A stretch of DNA of 64,000 bases from contig OY759353.1 of assembly GCA_963662315.1 (NCBI GenBank), forward strand, positions 1,344,001-1,408,000, read 5' to 3'. This document shows, piece after piece, positions 18,260 through 29,247 of the stretch (positions are counted from its first letter, which is position 1; the number at the start of each line of letters is the position of its first letter). Made by a program: the position numbers and the translations under genes. The DNA is from Geopsychrobacteraceae bacterium (GTDB taxonomy: Bacteria; Desulfobacterota; Desulfuromonadia; Desulfuromonadales; Geopsychrobacteraceae). Below the pieces are notes generated by a model. That model worked only from the letters and a program-made list of their open reading frames with translations, was not told where the DNA came from and ran no database searches.

Positions 18260-19963
18260 TCAGTCGTCAGAGATCGTCGTTCTTAAAACTTCCTCAAGAG
18301 TAGTAACACCCTCTATCATTTTTGTCAGCGCGGCCTGGCGCATGGTTTTAACCCCGAGACGCATCGATTCCTGCTTGATTTCTGCAGTGTTAGCCCCAGA
18401 CAACACCATTTCACGAATCCCTTCAAACATAGGCATGACCTGGTAAAAACCAACCCGCCCCTTATAACCGGTATCGTTGCAAACCTGGCAACCTTTCCCT
18501 TTATATATCGTGATTCTTTTTGCCTGATCTTCAGGCACACCCGCAGTGATCAAAGCTTCTAGCGGCTGGTGCTCCGGCTGTTTGCATTCAGAACAGACAC
18601 GCCGGCCAAGGCGCTGCGCCGAAATAAGATTAACGGCTGAAGCAACCAAGAAAGGCTCAATCCCCATATTCAACAATCGGTTAATAGTACTGGGGGCATC
18701 GTTGGTATGCAGCGTCGAGAGAACAAGGTGACCGGTCAATGCGGCTTTAACCCCAATTTCCGCCGTCTCAAAATCCCGAATCTCACCAATCATGATAATA
18801 TCTGGATCCTGGCGCAGGAAAGCCCGTAACGCAGCGGCAAAGTTAAGGCCAATTTCTTCGTGCATCTGAACCTGGTTAATTCCGGCAAAGTTAAATTCGA
18901 CAGGATCTTCCGCCGTAGAAATATTTTCCGTTGTTTTATTGAGTTCAGAGAGAGCGGAATATAATGAAACCGTTTTACCACTACCAGTCGGCCCGGTAAC
19001 CAGAACCATGCCGAAGGGTTTATGTATTTCCTGTTTAAACCATTTAAGGGCCTGTTCCTCATATCCCAGCTTGGTCATATCAAGCTGCAGGTTGCCTTTA
19101 TCCAGCAGACGCAGAACAACCTTTTCACCAAACAGGGTCGGAAGGCAATTAACCCGGTAATCCATTTCCTGCCCACGTCCCAACTTGATCTTAATCCGTC
19201 CATCCTGCGGCAAACGTCGCTCAGCGATATCAAGAGAGGCCATAATTTTCAAACGCGAGGTGATGGCATTTTTCAATTTGCGAGGCGGCTTCATGACCTC
19301 GTACAAGACACCATCAATCCGGTAACGAACCCGAAAGGACGTTTCATACGGCTCGATATGAATATCAGAGGCTTTTTTCTTAATGGCATCGGTAAGAATC
19401 AGGTTAACCAGTTTAACAACCGGCGCGTCTTCACTGGCCCGCTCAAGTTCATTAACATCATCAAAACCGCGTTCATCAACCAATTCAAGATCATCAAAAT
19501 CTTCAAGTCCTTCCAGAGCATCGGCCATGCTGGATGATTGGTCATAATATTTATCGATAGCGTCTTTAATAGCCGCTTCGGCGGCAACAACAACCTCGAC
19601 ATTAAAGCCGGTCATGAATTTGATGTCGTCGATGGCAAAAATATTGGAAGGATCGGCCATGGCAACAATCAGGGTAGCGCCGGCACGATTAATAGGAACC
19701 AGTTGATATTTTTGAGCGACTTCGGAGGGGATCAGACTGACAACGGCAGGGTCTACATCAAATTCGGCAAGGTTGATGGAAGGTACACCGTAGTGTTTGG
19801 AAAGAAACGAAGCAAGGTCATGCTCCTGAACGTAGCCAAGCTTAACCAGGGCTGCACCAAGGCGGATACCCTCTTTTTTCTGTTCCGCGATCGCCTTAGC
19901 CAACTGATCATCAGAAATGAGTTGGTTGCGAACCAGCAATTCACCAAGGCGACTGACACTCAT
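18260..19963 (-). CDS. pilB: Pilus extension ATPase
   Basis: MshEN-like N-terminus, ERRLPQDGR, GPTGSGKT, tetracysteine motif. Confidence 0.97.
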   Translation of the reverse strand: MSVSRLGELLVRNQLISDDQLAKAIAEQKKEGIRLGAALVKLGYVQEHDLASFLSKHYGVPSINLAEFDVDPAVVSLIPSEVAQKYQLVPINRAGATLIVAMADPSNIFAIDDIKFMTGFNVEVVVAAEAAIKDAIDKYYDQSSSMADALEGLEDFDDLELVDERGFDDVNELERASEDAPVVKLVNLILTDAIKKKASDIHIEPYETSFRVRYRIDGVLYEVMKPPRKLKNAITSRLKIMASLDIAERRLPQDGRIKIKLGRGQEMDYRVNCLPTLFGEKVVLRLLDKGNLQLDMTKLGYEEQALKWFKQEIHKPFGMVLVTGPTGSGKTVSLYSALSELNKTTENISTAEDPVEFNFAGINQVQMHEEIGLNFAAALRAFLRQDPDIIMIGEIRDFETAEIGVKAALTGHLVLSTLHTNDAPSTINRLLNMGIEPFLVASAVNLISAQRLGRRVCSECKQPEHQPLEALITAGVPEDQAKRITIYKGKGCQVCNDTGYKGRVGFYQVMPMFEGIREMVLSGANTAEIKQESMRLGVKTMRQAALTKMIEGVTTLEEVLRTTISDD

Positions 19964-20178
19964 TACGCTTAAACCCCTTCCTTGCCTTTATCATTTAATG
20001 GTTAAATTTTGCCTGGAAACGATTTTGCCACAAGAGACTGCAGAAATGTGGACTTTTATCGATGCATGGGACTACTTAAGCATCAACAAAAGGCTTGAAT
20101 TTCTTGAACTTGCAAAGATTTTCTCGTTTCCAATTCACAAAGCTACATTATTCAATCGCAAGAATTCCCGGATGCGGA

Positions 20179-21039
20179 CTATTCGGTTCTACGCCGGATC
20201 AGAAAATCCCGCATGAACCCCTGGGCGGGTTGGAGGCCAGTCCACAAAGCAAAGGCGTCTTCCCCCTGGGCAGCCAGCATGCTCAAACCGTCATCGGAGC
20301 GTAAATTTAATTCATGCGCACTCTTAATAAGAGTAGTCTTAGAAAGCGAATATATCATATCAAATATGAAGGCGCTACCCTTAATACACTCCAATGGTAA
20401 AAAAGCTAAACGTTCACCATGCAGGCCAACTGACGTCGCATTAACCACTAAATCAGCCTCCGCCAGAGCCGTCAGATATGCGTCATCTGAATATCCTGAG
20501 GACGCCAGCCGAACATCATGAAAGTGCGGTTTTAGTCCACTAATCAGGTTATCTGCCCTCTCAGGATGGCGGTTTACAACCATTATAGAATTGACTCCGG
20601 CAAATGCCAGGGCAACAGAGACGGCCCGACAAGCCCCGCCAGCACCAAGAATAACAACATTTTTCCCAAGCGGTTCAAATTCCATACTCCCCCTCAGGGA
20701 GCGCATAAAACCACTGGCATCAGTATTGTACCCAGTCAGAACACCATCATTATTCACGACAGTATTAACGGCACCAATCAGTTGCGTCGCCGGGTCGATT
20801 GCATCCAGAAAGGGAATGATTTTCTCTTTATGAGGAACCGTCACATTAACTCCGGCAATGTTCAATACGCGCAAAGACGATACGGCACTCTCCAGATTTT
20901 CGGGTAACACATGAAATGGCACATATGCAGCATCTATTTCGTAATGCCTAAAAGCATGATTCTGCATGGCAGGAGATAACGAATGAGCGATAGGATCGCC
21001 AAAAATACCGTAAACCTTTGTTTTCCCGGAAAGAATCAT
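20179..21039 (-). CDS. aroE: Shikimate dehydrogenase
   Basis: HSLSP, NVTVPHK, GAVNT, NTD, GAGGA. Confidence 0.96.
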   Translation of the reverse strand: MILSGKTKVYGIFGDPIAHSLSPAMQNHAFRHYEIDAAYVPFHVLPENLESAVSSLRVLNIAGVNVTVPHKEKIIPFLDAIDPATQLIGAVNTVVNNDGVLTGYNTDASGFMRSLRGSMEFEPLGKNVVILGAGGACRAVSVALAFAGVNSIMVVNRHPERADNLISGLKPHFHDVRLASSGYSDDAYLTALAEADLVVNATSVGLHGERLAFLPLECIKGSAFIFDMIYSLSKTTLIKSAHELNLRSDDGLSMLAAQGEDAFALWTGLQPAQGFMRDFLIRRRTE

Positions 21040-21048
21040 ACCAGCCTC

Positions 21049-22011
21049 CTAGCGCAATGACAGATATTCCTGATACTGAACAATCTGGGTTGCCTGCAAA
21101 ATCTGTCGTGCCCGCAAAACATCATCAGCGATCGCGTCAGCCAGATCTTTGATGTTGTCGTATTTTTTTTCTTCGCGTAAACGTTCGACAAAATAGACCC
21201 GCAGGCGTTCACCATACAAGTCTCCAGAAAAATCAAGCAGATGAACTTCAATTGTAACATTACCATCGGTAAATGTCGGTCGATTGCCTAAGTTGATGAC
21301 ACCATCAAATTCCTGAAGATTATGGCGCACCTTTACTGCGTAAACTCCAGAAGCAGGAATCAATTCTTTATCCGTAATCAGGTTTGCGGTCGGAAACCCC
21401 ATTTTCCGGCCACGCTTAAAGCCAGGGACCACCTCGCCTTCAAAATTGTAATGACGACCCAGCAAACCTTTTGCCTCAGCGACATCACCAGCCATAATCA
21501 GATTTCTAATGCGGGTTGAACTGTAAGGTTCTCCGGCGACACTGACAGGCTGCAGCACATTGACATGAAAACCCGCTTTAGCTCCATAGGCAGCCAGGAA
21601 CTCAGCATTTCCCTTGCGCCCTTTACCGAACGCATAATCGTAACCAACCACCAATTCGCTCACCTGCAACTTACCGATCAGAATTTCCTCAATAAACTGT
21701 TCAGGTGACATCACAGCCAAATCACGGGTAAAGGGAATTTCAACCAAATAGTCAACATGCGAAGCAGCAATCAGCCGCCTTTTTTCAGCCAAGGTATTGA
21801 GCAGCGGTGGCGCCTTGTCCGGAGCCAAAAACTTTAACGGATGCGGATTGAATGTACAGACAACAGCAGGGCAACTTAGTTTATGGGAACTTTGCCAGAC
21901 GGCCCTAAAAAGCTCCCTGTGCCCTAAATGCACTCCATCAAAGTTACCAAGAGTTACAACGCTGGGACCAAAAGGAGACGGTAATTCTTTGATGCTAGTG
22001 ATTATCTTCAT
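21049..22011 (-). CDS. ribF: Bifunctional riboflavin kinase / FAD synthetase
   Basis: GNFDGVHLGH, SSTRIR, GFPTAN. Confidence 0.97.
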   Translation of the reverse strand: MKIITSIKELPSPFGPSVVTLGNFDGVHLGHRELFRAVWQSSHKLSCPAVVCTFNPHPLKFLAPDKAPPLLNTLAEKRRLIAASHVDYLVEIPFTRDLAVMSPEQFIEEILIGKLQVSELVVGYDYAFGKGRKGNAEFLAAYGAKAGFHVNVLQPVSVAGEPYSSTRIRNLIMAGDVAEAKGLLGRHYNFEGEVVPGFKRGRKMGFPTANLITDKELIPASGVYAVKVRHNLQEFDGVINLGNRPTFTDGNVTIEVHLLDFSGDLYGERLRVYFVERLREEKKYDNIKDLADAIADDVLRARQILQATQIVQYQEYLSLR

Positions 22012-22098
22012 GATAACAATTTTCCAAATACTTCGGATTAAACAACATTTTCACAAATATAGCGGGTTCATATCATCATAGACAAGCGTAATTCAAAT

Positions 22099-22126
22099 AA
22101 AAAAGGCGGGATCCGCAGATCCCGCC
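22099..22126 (-). terminator. Intrinsic terminator after pilY1
   Basis: GGCGGGATC-cgca-GATCCCGCC with A-run on + strand. Confidence 0.85.
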
Positions 22127-22157
22127 CGACTTTGACAATCAAACAAACTTAAAATTC

Positions 22158-25100
22158 TCAATCAACCAGTCGCCAGGAACGTAACCCTGACTTGGTTGCC
22201 AAGGGGTTCTTCTGATTAATCTTGGTAATTTTACCGGTGCTGGATTGGATCAAGACATTTGAGCCCTGTGACCGTCCGGTCTGGATACTTGGGGTAGTCG
22301 TCATCCCCTCCCCCAGGCTGATCTGGCTTATTGCCAAGTCACCTGAAGCATCTGCCTGGGTACCCAGAATTCCTGAATAATAAGCGGTTCCACTCTGGTA
22401 ATAAAGAGCCCACAACTTGCTTTCCCCGCCTGACTGACAAGGATCATCATCAGGCACATAGGACGTAAATGTTAACAAACCACCATAAAGGGTTGCCTGC
22501 CCCAAAGTACGTTCACCACTTAACGGATACTCCAGGTGCCATCCTCCTGCACTCGACTGAGCGATAAGAAGATCATCCCAGTTGTTAGCACCGGTTGCGG
22601 AAGATTGAACAAGGCCTGATGTATATACTTTTGCATCAGTCATATTCAGCAAATCAGAATAAGACACAGTATTCCAATTTTTATCACCAGAGCTACTGTC
22701 GATTGGTTCTTTCACACCCCAAAATGACATGCGTGCGAGATCGGCTTTGTCCGTAACCGTGTAAAAGCGCCCGGAACCGACAAAAACCCAATGTCTGTTT
22801 TCATCATCAAGCCCAACCGCTGGTCCAGCGATGACAGGCTGTCCAACATTCATAAGCAGGGTTTTATCCTTCAAAAGAGTCGGTTTCCATAACCAGTTCT
22901 GAGGATCGTTATCATTATCTGAATCGTTTAAATCATCGATAATAATTCGCCGCAACGTCCCCGACCAGTTTCCGGGAGTGCCACTAACAGTACCAAAATA
23001 AAGATTATCTGCATTGTAATCCAACTGGAAATCAACCGCTACGGGGTCCCCAAGGAAGGCACTTGCATCAAATTCAGAATAGACATGCAAACCGGCCGTA
23101 AGGGCCCCACTGCTGTTAAGGCTGTAGAGAGAACCGCTTTGCCCAAGTTTGACGAGATCGAGCATATACATTTTTGCGGACTGCATACTTTTAGCGGTAC
23201 TAAGAATAGTATTATCATAGCTGCCGGTTATAGTACTGACGGTTCCCGGATCTCCATTAACATCCGCCGGCCCAGACCCCAGCACCAGGAACCACCGATT
23301 TTCTCCAGCTGTCGGGTTGGCATTATTATAAGAATCGAACGTACCGTTATGGTCACCGTCATTAACAGCAAAAGCCGTTGGGTAAACCGTTGAAAAGCCC
23401 ATGTCAGGCATGGCAATTTCAGCAAGCAGCTTAGGTGGTTCTTCCGGATTGGTAATATCAAAAATCATGTAGGCCGATTTCATTGTTCGATCAACATTCG
23501 GGTTGGGAACAATACCATCAGTCTTATCCATATCCGCAATAATGCTACCCCCGCCAAAACGCATTCCGACAACCATAACAGTTCCCCAACCATTAGGGTG
23601 GTGACATAGAGCATAGGAAGGGTCTGTAACCTTTGCTGAACACTCGACTTCAGGATTAAAAATTTTCGCATCAAAGACACGGGGTTTCTGATCGACATAA
23701 TAAACATGCTTGTGCTCAGTATAGGTAGTCTGCGTCAACCAATACAAATGCGGAAGCAGGTTGTAAGGAACATATGCCCACATTTCGGCCCCAAGGGGAG
23801 GATCGCCGGATGTATCGGCAAAAGGATAGGCCGTCCAGAACTTTACATTGTCAGCATCGTAAAAACCGCCGTTAAACGCATGCAACATGCCGTCATTCGC
23901 CCCGGCATAGACCATCTGGCGCCGATGTTTATATTTGGCAACAAAAGGAGCATAGCTTTGGTCTTTGTAGAGCAAATGAAAATTTTCAGCAGGTTGGCCA
24001 ACAACCGTCGGAGTGGAATAAGTAATGTCACCTAAACGCCAGGTTCCGGTACCAAAATAACGTGGTCGCATTTCGGTTCCACTGACATCACTTCCGGAAA
24101 TACTCAAAGGCTCAGGGTTACCGGTGCTATCAATATAGTCTTTCCCTCGGATATAATTAATCTGCCTCTGGCTCTGAGCCTTTAAGAAAGATTTAAAATC
24201 TGCAGAGGGCAACGCTGAAATAGCCGCAGGCTTATCCCCGAAGGTCGGATACAAAGTCAGATAGGGATAAATATCAGAAGAACTGACCAGTTCAGCATCG
24301 GTAGGCAGGGACGGTGCCACGAAGTCCTTCACTTCGTTCGTCGCGTCAACAACGCCATCATTATTTGCATCTACCCAGGTAAATATATACCGCCTATTAT
24401 TTAAATTAAGGTAGTTAGTCCGTTGTAGGGTAATATCTCCATCCAAAGCGGTGCTGTTTAACCAGGTTGAAGAAGTCCATAAATATTTGAGGTTGTCGGG
24501 TGAAACCTGATCAACCACAGTTTCGGCGGCATCAATCTCACCATTACCGTTACTGTCGGCATAGCGGTTAACTTTAATTCCATCTAAGGCTGTTTCAACA
24601 TATTCGAGGATATAATCGTTCCACATATCCAAAGTGTTATCTTTAACAGAATCCTCGCGCAGATTTCCGTAACTGTCAATCAACAGTGCATTCAGTTCAC
24701 CACTCCAGGTCAAACTATAGGTTCCGATATTTTTGGTGGGATGAAAGGTGGATAAGTATACGGCACCTTCCCCAGTACGACTGTTAGAGATTACCGAAGG
24801 CGCAGTACCAGAAGCGGCCTGCTCAAGAATTTTGCCAAATGAAGCATTGAGTTGCTGTTCAAGGCGCAGAGGATTGGTGACGTAAAAATAGGTATCCGGA
24901 ATATTGTCGCCATCTTCATCCCACTCGGATTGTTTATCTGGCAACCCGTACCCAGGATCACTCGTGTTCTTATCACTATCGGTAAAGCCTCCCCATTTGG
25001 CAGCGTACCAAAGAGGATTTTTTAACAGTTCTGCGGTGTTTGCTGCTCCTGCACTATTCGGCCAGAAGGTGCGGGTCGTTTTTGTCGGCAAAACTCCGAT

Positions 25101-27869
25101 AGTGGTATTATGAGTAGCCCCTTTGGCATCGCGTGTCGGCGGCACCGCGTAGTAGCCGATTGGATCTTTGCCGGGCGGAGTATCGATATCAACTAGAAAA
25201 TCCTGACTGATGGAAGTATCCTTATCAGTGATTTCCAGATATGTACCGTCTTTAGTTGTCCCGGAAATGACATATCCTGAGTGCTGAATGTAGCCACCGG
25301 CAGCTTCTATAGTTTCTAAAGTTAGGGTAATGGCTTTAGCGTCAACAGGGCTTGCCACAGCGTTACCTGCACCATCAACCAGCTGATAGGTATAAACCAC
25401 TATATTATCCATATCATGGTCAGCCCCCTGTTCGACGTCCTCAAAATTGATGGTAAATACTCCAGCGGTATCCGAAATGCTTTCAATAAAGAAATCAACA
25501 ATCGTATTGGTCGGTCGATTATACCAGGCAGTAGAGGTACCAGCGTTCCCGATAGTTTTTGCAAAAGGCACCAATGAAATAACTTGAGGGTTTGCGGGGT
25601 CACCGAGTTTAAATTCAAAAGACGGTAGTGGAGAAGCAAGGCCAACGGCAAACGTTGAAACTTTGACCTCTTTATCGGCGCCAAAAGACTGTAGATCATT
25701 TTCATGTCCATAATAAGCGACAGAAGCCGAATAATAACTCCCTTTTTTCGTGGGTTCTTCAGGGCACAGGCCACGAATATCACCAAATCCGCCGATATTT
25801 TTTGAACTACATACGCCATCGCTAGCCAGGCCACTCTGACCGATAAATTTATTACCACTAATTCCTTCGAATGTTGAGATATCATCAGCTATATCACCGG
25901 CGTCAAAACCTGAGCCTGGCAGGTCATCACTTATGCCGGAGCCGAAAGCAGATGCCACTCCGGGAAGGTTATCTGAATCGAAAGTAGGATTAATGTCACT
26001 CAGAACCAGCATAAATGGTTTTGAACAATAGGAATGAGTGGCATAGGGGTTACTGAAAGAAGCCTTCGGCAAGCCCATAGAATCATCAGCGGAAGTACCG
26101 CTAAAATTGCTAGTTGCCGTTGTTTTTCCAGAAAAATAGCGCAGTGTCTCGTACATCATTTCAGCGACGGGATTGCCCCAGTCACGACACTTGCCGTTGG
26201 TAAGATCGCCGGTAATCCAACCACAATTGCCGTAGGAACCGCCACCCGATCCGGAGGGGTAGTTGAAGTCGCGAATCCGGAAGGTGTTTATAGTATTAAT
26301 AATTCCATTAGTCGCTGTATTAAACTGCCCTGTTGTTTGCGTTAAAATTTCATCAGTAATCGAGCCAACCTGTTTGCGGAGCACTCCGCCTTGTAGGTTG
26401 TTCTGATAAGTTCCGGACATTAAACCAAAGTACATACGATCGGTTTCGCCGTGTCGCTGTAAAATACCGATTGGCTTATAATTACCATCTGGGTACTGTT
26501 TACAGTTAGACTCAAGACCTACCGCAGGATCACAAACCTTGACCCTCGCTATCAGATCGACAATTGTTGATCCAAGCGATTTAAGAGTGAAGGTAGAAAT
26601 ATCATCAATATATATACCTGTAGCCAGGCCAGTCACTGGATCAGTACTGACCGCAGGAATGATTTCCCATGAATATCCTGAATCGGGACCGTTCCAATGC
26701 AGAAAAAATTCATCCGATCCTGTTGCCTCTTCAAGTCTGAATTCAAAGGTATGAGTTCCGCTTGTCAGGGGCATCGTCACCTGATGAGTGGTACACCCAC
26801 AACGGCCATGCCCGCCGTAATACCCAACGACCTTTTCATTGGCCGTTCCGCCATCGATAATAACCTCTACAGCATCATCCCCATCGACGGCAATTGCGTA
26901 ATTACCAGCAACAGATACGTTAATAGTTCCGGTAAAAATAGCTAAATAATTGCTGCCAAAATCAGTTGTCCCGGTACTGTCAATAGTCGTGAAGGTATTT
27001 GGAATAACAGAAGGCGTAAGCAAATGGTCAGCGTTTGCAAATTTGTTGACGATATCTTCAAATTCGGCATGCGCGCTTGCATCGTCAGGCAGGTCTGTAG
27101 TTGACCCGGGATGCCCAGGGTGAGCAGATATGGTGGTTTCGATAGAGTTATCAACGACCGGCGCAGCTTTAGCGACCCATTTCCAGATCCTTTTGGGGTT
27201 ATTAAGCGCATAACGCAACAAGGGGACATCATCGTAACCGATTAAGTCACCATCGGCATCCAAAGTTGTTGACGCAAACAGATGGCGAAGACCTGCTGTC
27301 GGTACCGAAAACGGGGTATAGTCGGAAATATCATACCCATCCACAGCGATACTGGTATACTCCTTCCCCCAGGAATGAGCATCTTGAGGAATGTAAACCC
27401 GTTCCAATACAGTAGCTGTCTTACTGTCGACGGACCGATACCCGCCATAAAGAACCTTACGCATCGTATCCATACGTGACATGGTGATATAATTGAGAAA
27501 ATCACCACTCCACAAACCAGTTCCGGTACATGTTTTATCGCTGGTTTTGCTGATCGGGTTAAAGCGGCTGTCAGCAGAGCTGTATTCATAACATTTATAA
27601 CTATCAAAATAGCCATAGTAATCAATGTCATCAGGTTTATAACGAATATCGACAACCCCATCTTCATCAAGATCTGAGGCATCGTTATACGCTTCGTAAT
27701 ACAGCTTGTGATTTTTCCCCATAACCAGCATAACCAGGGGGGGAGCGCCAGAAGAGATGAAAGGAGGCAAGGCATTATATTCCGATTGAACTGCTGCATA
27801 GCCAGTAGTGCCTGATAATATAAAAACAACCAGAATCACTGCACATATTATGTTCAGATTTATTTTCAT
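22158..27869 (-). CDS. pilY1: PilY1-family pilus tip adhesin (1903 aa) with PA14-like insert
   Basis: Signal peptide, LGDITYSTP, VYAGANDGMLHAF, EMWAYVP, YYVD, GMRFGG, C-terminal SWR; follows the minor pilins. Confidence 0.92.
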   Translation of the reverse strand: MKINLNIICAVILVVFILSGTTGYAAVQSEYNALPPFISSGAPPLVMLVMGKNHKLYYEAYNDASDLDEDGVVDIRYKPDDIDYYGYFDSYKCYEYSSADSRFNPISKTSDKTCTGTGLWSGDFLNYITMSRMDTMRKVLYGGYRSVDSKTATVLERVYIPQDAHSWGKEYTSIAVDGYDISDYTPFSVPTAGLRHLFASTTLDADGDLIGYDDVPLLRYALNNPKRIWKWVAKAAPVVDNSIETTISAHPGHPGSTTDLPDDASAHAEFEDIVNKFANADHLLTPSVIPNTFTTIDSTGTTDFGSNYLAIFTGTINVSVAGNYAIAVDGDDAVEVIIDGGTANEKVVGYYGGHGRCGCTTHQVTMPLTSGTHTFEFRLEEATGSDEFFLHWNGPDSGYSWEIIPAVSTDPVTGLATGIYIDDISTFTLKSLGSTIVDLIARVKVCDPAVGLESNCKQYPDGNYKPIGILQRHGETDRMYFGLMSGTYQNNLQGGVLRKQVGSITDEILTQTTGQFNTATNGIINTINTFRIRDFNYPSGSGGGSYGNCGWITGDLTNGKCRDWGNPVAEMMYETLRYFSGKTTATSNFSGTSADDSMGLPKASFSNPYATHSYCSKPFMLVLSDINPTFDSDNLPGVASAFGSGISDDLPGSGFDAGDIADDISTFEGISGNKFIGQSGLASDGVCSSKNIGGFGDIRGLCPEEPTKKGSYYSASVAYYGHENDLQSFGADKEVKVSTFAVGLASPLPSFEFKLGDPANPQVISLVPFAKTIGNAGTSTAWYNRPTNTIVDFFIESISDTAGVFTINFEDVEQGADHDMDNIVVYTYQLVDGAGNAVASPVDAKAITLTLETIEAAGGYIQHSGYVISGTTKDGTYLEITDKDTSISQDFLVDIDTPPGKDPIGYYAVPPTRDAKGATHNTTIGVLPTKTTRTFWPNSAGAANTAELLKNPLWYAAKWGGFTDSDKNTSDPGYGLPDKQSEWDEDGDNIPDTYFYVTNPLRLEQQLNASFGKILEQAASGTAPSVISNSRTGEGAVYLSTFHPTKNIGTYSLTWSGELNALLIDSYGNLREDSVKDNTLDMWNDYILEYVETALDGIKVNRYADSNGNGEIDAAETVVDQVSPDNLKYLWTSSTWLNSTALDGDITLQRTNYLNLNNRRYIFTWVDANNDGVVDATNEVKDFVAPSLPTDAELVSSSDIYPYLTLYPTFGDKPAAISALPSADFKSFLKAQSQRQINYIRGKDYIDSTGNPEPLSISGSDVSGTEMRPRYFGTGTWRLGDITYSTPTVVGQPAENFHLLYKDQSYAPFVAKYKHRRQMVYAGANDGMLHAFNGGFYDADNVKFWTAYPFADTSGDPPLGAEMWAYVPYNLLPHLYWLTQTTYTEHKHVYYVDQKPRVFDAKIFNPEVECSAKVTDPSYALCHHPNGWGTVMVVGMRFGGGSIIADMDKTDGIVPNPNVDRTMKSAYMIFDITNPEEPPKLLAEIAMPDMGFSTVYPTAFAVNDGDHNGTFDSYNNANPTAGENRWFLVLGSGPADVNGDPGTVSTITGSYDNTILSTAKSMQSAKMYMLDLVKLGQSGSLYSLNSSGALTAGLHVYSEFDASAFLGDPVAVDFQLDYNADNLYFGTVSGTPGNWSGTLRRIIIDDLNDSDNDNDPQNWLWKPTLLKDKTLLMNVGQPVIAGPAVGLDDENRHWVFVGSGRFYTVTDKADLARMSFWGVKEPIDSSSGDKNWNTVSYSDLLNMTDAKVYTSGLVQSSATGANNWDDLLIAQSSAGGWHLEYPLSGERTLGQATLYGGLLTFTSYVPDDDPCQSGGESKLWALYYQSGTAYYSGILGTQADASGDLAISQISLGEGMTTTPSIQTGRSQGSNVLIQSSTGKITKINQKNPLATKSGLRSWRLVD

Positions 27870-27879
27870 TTCCCTCCTC

Positions 27880-28188
27880 CTAACGCAACCGTTCTATTTC
27901 ATAGATACGGGTCCCCTGTACCTTGAAAAGAACAGTATCCCCTAAATGTAACTGATAGACGTTAATACCCTTTTTATAGACGGCACCATCCTTTTTGTAC
28001 TGGCTTAGGATTGGGATATCGGGCATGACGGTATACGTCGTTTCACCGATTGCGATGTGTTGATACTTTTCATTCCATACGGTCCTTGTTATTGAGCCTT
28101 TATTCCACTTGCCAATAGCATAGGCATTACACGTCAACAGCAGGGAGAATATTCCGCCTAAAACAAATATTTTTATCAGATATTTCAT
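27880..28188 (-). CDS. Small secreted protein in minor-pilin operon (PilY2-like position)
   Basis: Signal peptide ending AYA; sits between pilX and pilY1. Confidence 0.7.
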   Translation of the reverse strand: MKYLIKIFVLGGIFSLLLTCNAYAIGKWNKGSITRTVWNEKYQHIAIGETTYTVMPDIPILSQYKKDGAVYKKGINVYQLHLGDTVLFKVQGTRIYEIERLR

Positions 28189-28213
28189 TTTTTACCCCAG
28201 TAATATTTAAGTG

Positions 28214-28795
28214 CTATTTAATGACGTGATTCCATTCGAGGACAACTGTCGATTCGCTATTCACAGGCCCACTATGGCGAGAGCCGATATCATAAAATAT
28301 GACCCCGCCTCCGCTTCCGGCCGCCTTTCCAACCCCTTCGTAGCCAGCAACCATCTGCAAGCCACTGCCAGCCTGAGCACCTGATATGGAACGAACGCTG
28401 ATATCGGTACGAGGGTCGTTACCGACGGCATTATTGGGGAGATAGGCATCGGGATTGGCCCAGTCCATAGGGGTGTTATCATTCAGGTATAAATCGAGAG
28501 TATTGACATGAACACCACCCTGGGTATTAGATTTAAATCCAATGTCCTCAATGTTGCTTTCAACCAGACCGATGCCAACCTGCGCTCCGCCGTCAGCCTG
28601 ATAAAAAGTCTGAGTGGCCACTTTATCATTACCGCTGACCTGCAGCTCAATAGTGGTAGTATTAGTTGCGGCGATCCCAATAATCATCAAGATAACCAGC
28701 ATCATCAAAGAGGTCATCAGAATAAACCCGCGCTCAGTATTGATAATGCTCCGCCCTATGTTCAACTGTTTTTGTATTTGTTTAAATCGCGTCAT
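28214..28795 (-). CDS. pilX: Minor pilin PilX
   Basis: RG/FILMTSL signal lacking E5, as typical for PilX; SGND...FYQADGG. Confidence 0.88.
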   Translation of the reverse strand: MTRFKQIQKQLNIGRSIINTERGFILMTSLMMLVILMIIGIAATNTTTIELQVSGNDKVATQTFYQADGGAQVGIGLVESNIEDIGFKSNTQGGVHVNTLDLYLNDNTPMDWANPDAYLPNNAVGNDPRTDISVRSISGAQAGSGLQMVAGYEGVGKAAGSGGGVIFYDIGSRHSGPVNSESTVVLEWNHVIK

Positions 28796-29246
28796 ATTTC
28801 ACATAATCCATTATAACGGTGGCAGCCCGGTCGGCAGGAGAATCAACACGGACCCGAATCATCTTGGAATTGACTACGGGGTAATCAATAGCAACATTCC
28901 ATGATATCTGGTAGTTGCCAGAAGCAACTGTCTGGTCAGGATTGACCAGGTCATCAAGACCAAAATTATTACCCGGGACATCATCAATACCGTCATTATT
29001 TACGTCATGCCCAGTACCATCACCATCGTCGTCATCAAGCATTGCATCATCGTATGCCAATGATTGAATCTGCTCCACAATATCAGCCCCTACTGAGCTG
29101 GCTTCACTTATCATTCGTGATTTGCTGTTACCACTAATTGCCGATAGCTGCATGGCATTGACGCCAAGAATACCTACCGCAAAAATAACCAAGGCAAACA
29201 TAAGTTCTAACAGAGTAAAACCACGATTATTATCCACAAACATCAT
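28782..29246 (-). CDS. pilV: Minor pilin PilV
   Basis: RG/FTLLELMFALVIFAVGILG...MQ. Confidence 0.88.
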   Translation of the reverse strand: MMFVDNNRGFTLLELMFALVIFAVGILGVNAMQLSAISGNSKSRMISEASSVGADIVEQIQSLAYDDAMLDDDDGDGTGHDVNNDGIDDVPGNNFGLDDLVNPDQTVASGNYQISWNVAIDYPVVNSKMIRVRVDSPADRAATVIMDYVKYDAI

Positions 29247-29247
29247 G

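Noticed and set aside
27242..27829. 195-aa alternate-frame ORF inside pilY1
   Set aside because: Overlaps an intact gene; no family features and no sign of frameshifting
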